NCBI GenBank assembly: GCA_964199315.1
Contig: OZ116707.1
Location: forward strand, 23,188,001 to 23,252,000
Source of the DNA: Orbicella franksi
Taxonomy: Eukaryota
Direction: 5' to 3'
DNA length: 64,000 bases
The notes below the pieces were generated by a model, which was not told the DNA's origin, made no database searches, and saw only the letters and a list, made by a program, of their open reading frames with translations. A program made the position numbers and the translations under genes. Of the stretch, positions 59,501 to 64,000 are shown one piece after another. The first letter of the stretch is position 1; each line of letters opens with the position of its first letter.

Positions 59501-62500
59501 TTTGGAGGGAAAACAAACCTGCAAAAAGAAGCCTTATCTTGCTATGAAGACCTTTGATGTTTGACATTTTCCAATATCTATAACTGTTAGCGTTACTCAA
59601 GGGTTGGTACTGCTAGCTACCGGTTGCGCTCCAATGAACTGTTTCTTAATCATACATAATCGACACTGCGTTAGTTTCGGGAAGGACATTTGAAGGGATT
59701 ATTTTCTCATAATAGATTAAATTAAGAATTATCACACTGACAATCAATAAAGACCTACCGGTAATGGAATACGTTATTTCAGCGTTCTTCCCGATATCTT
59801 TATCCTCAGCAAAAACCTCTCCTATAGTTGTGTTCACTGGTTCGTTTTCAGTCGCCATGAACGGTCCAAAAGTCTGAAAAAAATAGTCTTGGTTAATAAG
59901 TTGTTTATAGTTACTGTTAGGAAAAAGTCAACCTCTTTTAGGGTATACTCTACCAAGTATGAGTTTAAGTCTACTTACGGTTGTAAAGCGTGGTGTGTTG
60001 TCGTTCATATCAAGAATCTCGACATCTACTGTTCCGAAGTCCATATACGGAACTGTTCCTTGATCACGCGCCATGACAATAAGCTACCGGTAAGGTACAA
60101 TATAGGAGTCAAGTCATGGGGTGTTGTAATTATTGTGAATACTCTGACGATGATCTAAGTGATCAATGCCTTGATTTTTACGTATTTAGTACTCGCCGAA
60201 ATGTTATCTGTTTTCGTTTTTCTTTGAGGGAGGGGAGTCTACAGCCCAGAATTTTAGCAATTTGATCCAACGCTTCGCCGGTGGGATTTATACTGCTTAG
60301 TGGAAAGGGATTGTGAGCTGAAGAGAATTCTGACCGAGACCACAACAAATGACCCCTGCGGCCTAAGCTTTAATTCGAATCATGCGTCCGTCGCTCTTCC
60401 ATTGGCTAGGCCACCGCGCCTCAAATGTTTAAAAAATCGATTGAAGGTGCTGTATCATACGTTTTCATCGAATGGAAAATTGAATGGAAAACACCCAACA
60501 AACAATGCATGTAATTAACAGGAGGAAAAAGAAAACGATTGTTAAGTTTCAGGAAGATTAAGATGGATTATGAAAACAGTTGAAACTAAAATTAAACAGC
60601 AGTATGGCAACATGTACCGTGTAGGAATCCTTTTTTTCTCGGTCCAGAGCTCCAGCTGTTGTTATTATACCGGAAGTAGCATTAATGACAAACTTCCCTT
60701 CCTCGCCGTGCATGATGGCATATTCCACTTTCCCGTTCAGCGTGATGTCATCATCAGTTGCATTAACGTCATAAACAAAAGATCCACTGTTTACATTCTA
60801 AACAAGAAAAGAAATACCAAGGGTATTCAGTAAGACAATCAACAATTTAAGATACCAACCAGTTACGTTCAGCAATTCATAGCAAAAATATCATGGAGAT
60901 AAATGTTTGCTCATAAAATCGTATTCATATGTGGTGTTTATCAACCTTGGTTTTTGTTCATTTTCACATATCTACATTTTGTTGCTATGGTTATCTTCAA
61001 AGTATTTTCCTGTGTTCTCTGCCTGAAACTTGCCTGTTTGGTTTTCTTTTCTTTTATTACTATTCTTTTTGATTTTACGCAATTTGATTTCTGACTAAGT
61101 TTAATGTATTTGCTTCTATTAGTTCTTTTCGAATTTTACAAGGCTGTATATTTTCTATTAAAGTAACAAGATAATCTAAGCTCTAATCAATACCTCAAAA
61201 ACAGAGGCCTCGCTCTTCTGTGGTCTTATCACAGGTGAATTGTCGTTAACGTCAGTCAGGAAAAATTCCACTTCTGCTTTGTCACTTCTCTGAGGTTCCC
61301 CATCATCCACCGCGAACACGCTGATGCTCAAGATGTCTTTGACTTCACGGTCCAGCGGCTTCGCCACAATTATTTCTCCAGTTAGCTCATGTATTGAAAA
61401 CAGTCCTTCAAATGAATGATTCAAAACTTGTTTATCAAGTCAGTATTTCATTTGATTAGTTAATGTTTTTTTCACCTGCTTCTTTTGCGCCACTTCAAGT
61501 CGTATTTTAAAACACATCATACAAATAACTCTGACTAGCTTGGGCAATAGACCCAACCCATCGAACTTGGCTCATGACGCCGAGGCTTAAACGTTTATGC
61601 TAACCGTTTTTACCTTTGCGAAACAGTGGTTTACCAGCGAAAGTCTGGATGTGACGAGAATTGAAGTCTTTGGGTGTTCGCAATGCAAGGAACTTCGCAA
61701 GCTCCTGGCTCTTGCGAATATATATGGAAAACATCTATTCCGATCAGAAATCAAACCATTCAGTCGCCTCTTCCTTTGAGGAAATCTTAGAAAACATTTT
61801 TATAGCTTTTTAAAATGGCTTTGACCGTAATGAAACCATTATGCCAGTTTACTGTCTATATCTATCTCCAGCTATAGCCAAGTTCATTGATTATTTGATC
61901 TCAGCTAAATTCTCAGTGTAATATACTAGTAATTGTTTACAGTTTTACAGATACATTACCAACTTCATTTCCCGCCGTAATATTGTACCGCACGTGACCA
62001 TTTTTGCCGACGTCGGCATCATTGGCTTGCACCACTTGCACCACTGTATCAACAGCAACGTTTTCAACCAGCTTCCGCGCGTACAAATCGCGAGTAAACT
62101 CAGGCGAATTGTCGTTTACGTCAAAAACTTGGATAAAGACCTTCGAGTATTTAGAAAAAACAAAAATTTTCTTTTGAAAACAATGAAAAAAGTACATTAA
62201 ATACTTAAAGGGATAGTAAGAAAGCTCGCGCAGAGTTTAAAACTTGACGAGAACAGAGGCAAGTAATTAGAGGAGATTTACAATATTTGATGTAGTGGCA
62301 CCGAAGTTTCAGAATTATACTCAGTGCCGTGTTGGTCAGCATGAAAGGTTACTGTGACTTAAGAACCTTCCGAGGCTTAAAGAAACCAATAACTAACGGC
62401 AATGTAAGTCATTTTCAGATATCGCCCGTTTCTGTTGTTTTAACGGCATTATGCCGGTTGTCGGTTGCGTTTGTTTTTCCTATAGTTTGAGGTGAGAGGT

Positions 62501-64000
62501 GGACTCATATTACCACTCGTGGAAGTTCATTTATGATTAGAATAGCATGGTTTGTTTGCCATCAGATCAGTGTCTTAGTTACGTTTCATATTAAATAACT
62601 GATCGATCTGGCGAGCTTAATGCTACCTCCACTTGAGACGAAAGCCTATGGGCGCCATTATCAGTGGCTATGACGGTGATTCGGTAACTGTCCTCTGTCT
62701 CTCGGTCTAGTTCCCGCAGGATCTTTAACTTCCCCGTTTCAGGCGAAATGAAAAATATACCTTCATCTTCTTTCAGGGAATACGTTATCTAAGGAAAGAA
62801 TAAAGAGCGTTTCATAAAAGAGTCCGTGGTTTTAATTGTTGATAAAGCTGAAATATAGACAAATAATTTGCGTAGAATTTCAGCAAAACATTTTAAAAGA
62901 CCATTCATTACCTTTGCGTTTTCTCCAGCGTCTTCGTCAGTCGCAATGATTTGATCAAAGTAAGTGTCTACCGTAGCATCCTCGGACACGCCCAGGTTGT
63001 AGGAATTTTGTGAGAATTTAGGTTGATTGTCGTTAAAGTCTGTGACGGTGATATTAAGGACAGTATACGACGTAAACTGCGGATGGCCATTGTCAGTTGC
63101 AGAAATATTTAGAATGTAAAACTTGTCCGCCATCGATTCGTAGTCAAGACGGCTAGAAGGACGAACAATGCCAGAAGATCCTGAAAACACAAAGTAATGG
63201 TAAACGGGCGAAAGATCGCCTGGTTGAACCTTTTAAAGGAGCTCTGTCAAGGTATTTTGAGTTGTTTTAGCCACGTACAAAATTATCTTTAAACTGAAGG
63301 TAAACTTAAAATGATAGTTTACTAAGATAGGCACACAGCAAAGAGATACTAATAAACCACAAAGGAACAAGGATGGTTAAGGATGGAGGAGATTGACACG
63401 GATTACAAACGACGAACTTGAACAGTTTGGGCTAAACTTTTCAAGATGTGAAAACCGAGACGTAACTCCTTTAAAATTAGCAGGGTCAGATCAACCCCCA
63501 TTCACTCATTAAAATCATCAAGATATATTGCCGTATCTGACCTTCAATGATGAACTTTCCGTCTGCGCCGTCTATGATATTGTAAGTAACAGCAGCATTG
63601 TTTCCTTCGTCGGCGTCCAGCGCTGTAACTCGTATTACCTTTCAAAGGCGACAAAATATCTCAAACTCACTTTTGCACAGAAAAATATATAATACTAAAA
63701 AAGTAAAAGAGTCATGCATTGATAGCGAGTCCTTTATACACGATTCCCAAAATTTAACACGCGGAAATTTATTCCCGATAAGAAAAGATGATTTTTCTCG
63801 CGTTTTTCCACTCAAGTAAATGTTCTAAATTCTAAATCCTGATAGTGAAACTAACACGCAGTAAGACAGTGAAATCCCAATACAATGTAAAGCGTTTGAT
63901 AATATACCTGAAATCCTCCGAAAGCGTTCTCTGGTACCGGCGCAGTGTACACGGGTTTCGTAAACACTGGTGGGTTGTCATTAGTATCGATGACCAGTAC
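50403..64000 (-). CDS. CDH23-like: Cadherin-23-like atypical cadherin, 3' part (25 exons in window; 5' end lies beyond the window)
   Basis: 25 GT-AG exons join with consistent phases into 3423 nt. They encode 8 DxND(N/E) linkers, a membrane-adjacent non-EC domain, one TM and a tail ending VTKV*. No catenin-binding domain seen. The CDH23 assignment is recalled similarity, not a search. Confidence 0.85.
50992..51040 (-). CDS. Cadherin cytoplasmic exon x
   Basis: SLEDRIWDEGDYYLSQ; phase 2 to 0, strong splice sites. Confidence 0.72.
51562..51639 (-). CDS. Cadherin cytoplasmic exon w
   Basis: MSRPGSSYGSDPGMFSSEYALTKKR; donor GTAAGT. Confidence 0.72.
51742..51807 (-). CDS. Cadherin cytoplasmic exon v
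   Basis: GSWSQYDDIVGSIEGKGVASV; donor GTATGT. Confidence 0.72.
51966..52031 (-). CDS. Cadherin cytoplasmic exon u
   Basis: VKKRDMYNSPRGRRKFGDVNR; strong acceptor, donor GTGAGT. Confidence 0.75.
52742..52939 (-). CDS. Cadherin exon t (transmembrane)
   Basis: TIEKHADKL..AELALIILGSVVGLLLLLGLCFAIKTRC; phase 2 to 2. Confidence 0.92.
53465..53623 (-). CDS. Cadherin exon s
   Basis: MLNNITEAEVNIEAIF..SEVLFHAVNVEDQNIMTSDEVL; phase 2 to 2. Confidence 0.88.
53992..54080 (-). CDS. Cadherin exon r (start of membrane-adjacent domain)
   Basis: IFVLVDEQRVTLKAQVDPSLIEQNKEEFI; phase 0 to 2. Confidence 0.88.
54400..54827. mobile_element. Intronic MITE with CCCGGGGG..CCCCCGG ends
   Basis: Complementary termini and imperfect sub-terminal IR (GGAGGCTCCGC vs GTGGAGTCTGCC). 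Lies wholly within cadherin intron 54081-54924. Confidence 0.55.
54925..55143 (-). CDS. Cadherin exon q
   Basis: ATDRDAGNFSAVQY..FKIDENTG..AYDNHG..ATAQ; phase 0 to 0. Confidence 0.92.
55368..55414 (-). CDS. Cadherin exon p (47 nt)
   Basis: IAEGADLNTFIMKIR; phase 1 to 0, required to complete the EC repeat. Confidence 0.82.
56008..56103 (-). CDS. Cadherin exon o
   Basis: EGYLYDTSTVTVAITDINDNAPTFIRPLFTG; phase 1 to 1. Confidence 0.9.
56271..56423 (-). CDS. Cadherin exon n
   Basis: DFRIDNTG..LDRERIATYSLVVGAYNYETMAFNETSRPRQRNVD; phase 1 to 1. Confidence 0.9.
56925..57043 (-). CDS. Cadherin exon m
   Basis: ASVSEAAAVG..ATDQDTGTNAEITY..GDDQ; phase 2 to 1. Confidence 0.9.
57493..57743 (-). CDS. 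Cadherin exon l
   Basis: GTNGRVLYRI..AKDLGSP..DVNDNQP; phase 0 to 2. Confidence 0.92.
58250..58500. repeat. Degenerate ~75-bp tandem repeat (about 3.3 copies) in cadherin intron
   Basis: GTAG(A)GCTT-A-rich anchors at 58326, 58401 and 58477, each unit with an ATCTGG motif. Confidence 0.6.
58522..58737 (-). CDS. Cadherin exon k
   Basis: DRERTRIYDLTVSATN..DTNDEPP..QDKDL; phase 0 to 0. Confidence 0.9.
59100..59167 (-). CDS. Cadherin exon j
   Basis: EGDVDNCFNINGTSGTIFTRKPL; donor GTAAGC, phase 1 to 0. Confidence 0.88.
59759..59873 (-). CDS. Cadherin exon i
   Basis: TFGPFMATENEP..DKDIGKNAEITYSIT; phase 0 to 1. Confidence 0.92.
59979..60083 (-). CDS. Cadherin exon h
   Basis: LIVMARDQGTVPYMDFGTVDVEILDMNDNTPRFTT; donor GTAAGT. 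Confidence 0.92.
60618..60797 (-). CDS. Cadherin exon g
   Basis: NVNSGSFVYDVNATDDD..LDREKKDSYT; phase 0 to 0. Confidence 0.92.
61194..61405 (-). CDS. Cadherin exon f
   Basis: LFSIHELTG..LDRE..DVNDNSP..VFE; phase 1 to 0. Confidence 0.92.
61960..62140 (-). CDS. Cadherin exon e
   Basis: VFIQVFDVNDNSPEF..DADVGKNG..GNEV; phase 0 to 1. Confidence 0.9.
62627..62788 (-). CDS. Cadherin exon d (not in ORF track)
   Basis: ITYSLKEDEGIFFISPETGKLKILRELDRETEDSYRITVIATDNGAHRLSSQVE; phase 0 to 0. Confidence 0.9.
62912..63180 (-). CDS. Cadherin exon c
   Basis: LDYE..ATDNG..DFNDNQP..DEDAGENAK; phase 1 to 0. Confidence 0.92.
63542..63638 (-). CDS. Cadherin exon b
   Basis: VIRVTALDADEGNNAAVTYNIIDGADGKFIIE; phase 0 to 1. 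Confidence 0.9.
63908..64000 (-). CDS. Cadherin exon a (partial, runs off window)
   Basis: VLVIDTNDNPPVFTKPVYTAPVPENAFGGFQ; donor GTATAT, phase 0. Confidence 0.9.

Noticed and set aside
62761-62788. 28-nt cadherin micro-exon (GAAG/GTATAT donor)
   Set aside because: The frame continues through the apparent donor into FFISPETG..LDRE, so the exon is 62627-62788.

Overview
AT-rich, intron-containing animal genomic DNA with one assembly gap. The gene and repeat content suggests an anthozoan cnidarian such as a stony coral; this is inference, not a database result. Bases ~1.6-48 kb hold a cluster of single-coding-exon class A GPCRs: 4 intact ORFs, 1 copy with a single-base frameshift and 3 decayed or truncated relics. 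Part of the cluster arose by a tandem two-gene duplication. By manual residue numbering the receptors lack the usual TM3-ECL2 disulfide and split into an Asp3.32 group and a Lys3.36/ECL3-CxxC group. The 33-38 kb zone is a nest of mobile elements: a Penelope-like relic with a candidate minimal hammerhead ribozyme, interrupted by a MITE with an 8-bp TSD, then a LINE 3' end and a TPR-CHAT pseudogene. On the minus strand, 50.4-64 kb holds the 3' part of a CDH23-like cadherin. I reconstructed it by hand as 25 phase-consistent GT-AG exons (3423 nt, 1140 aa + stop) ending in a PDZ-binding motif (VTKV*). Many MITEs, long palindromes, SINEs and a fold-back minisatellite fill the rest. No CRISPR array, rRNA or true tRNA gene is supported. 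All family assignments come from manual translation and motif reading, with no searches run.
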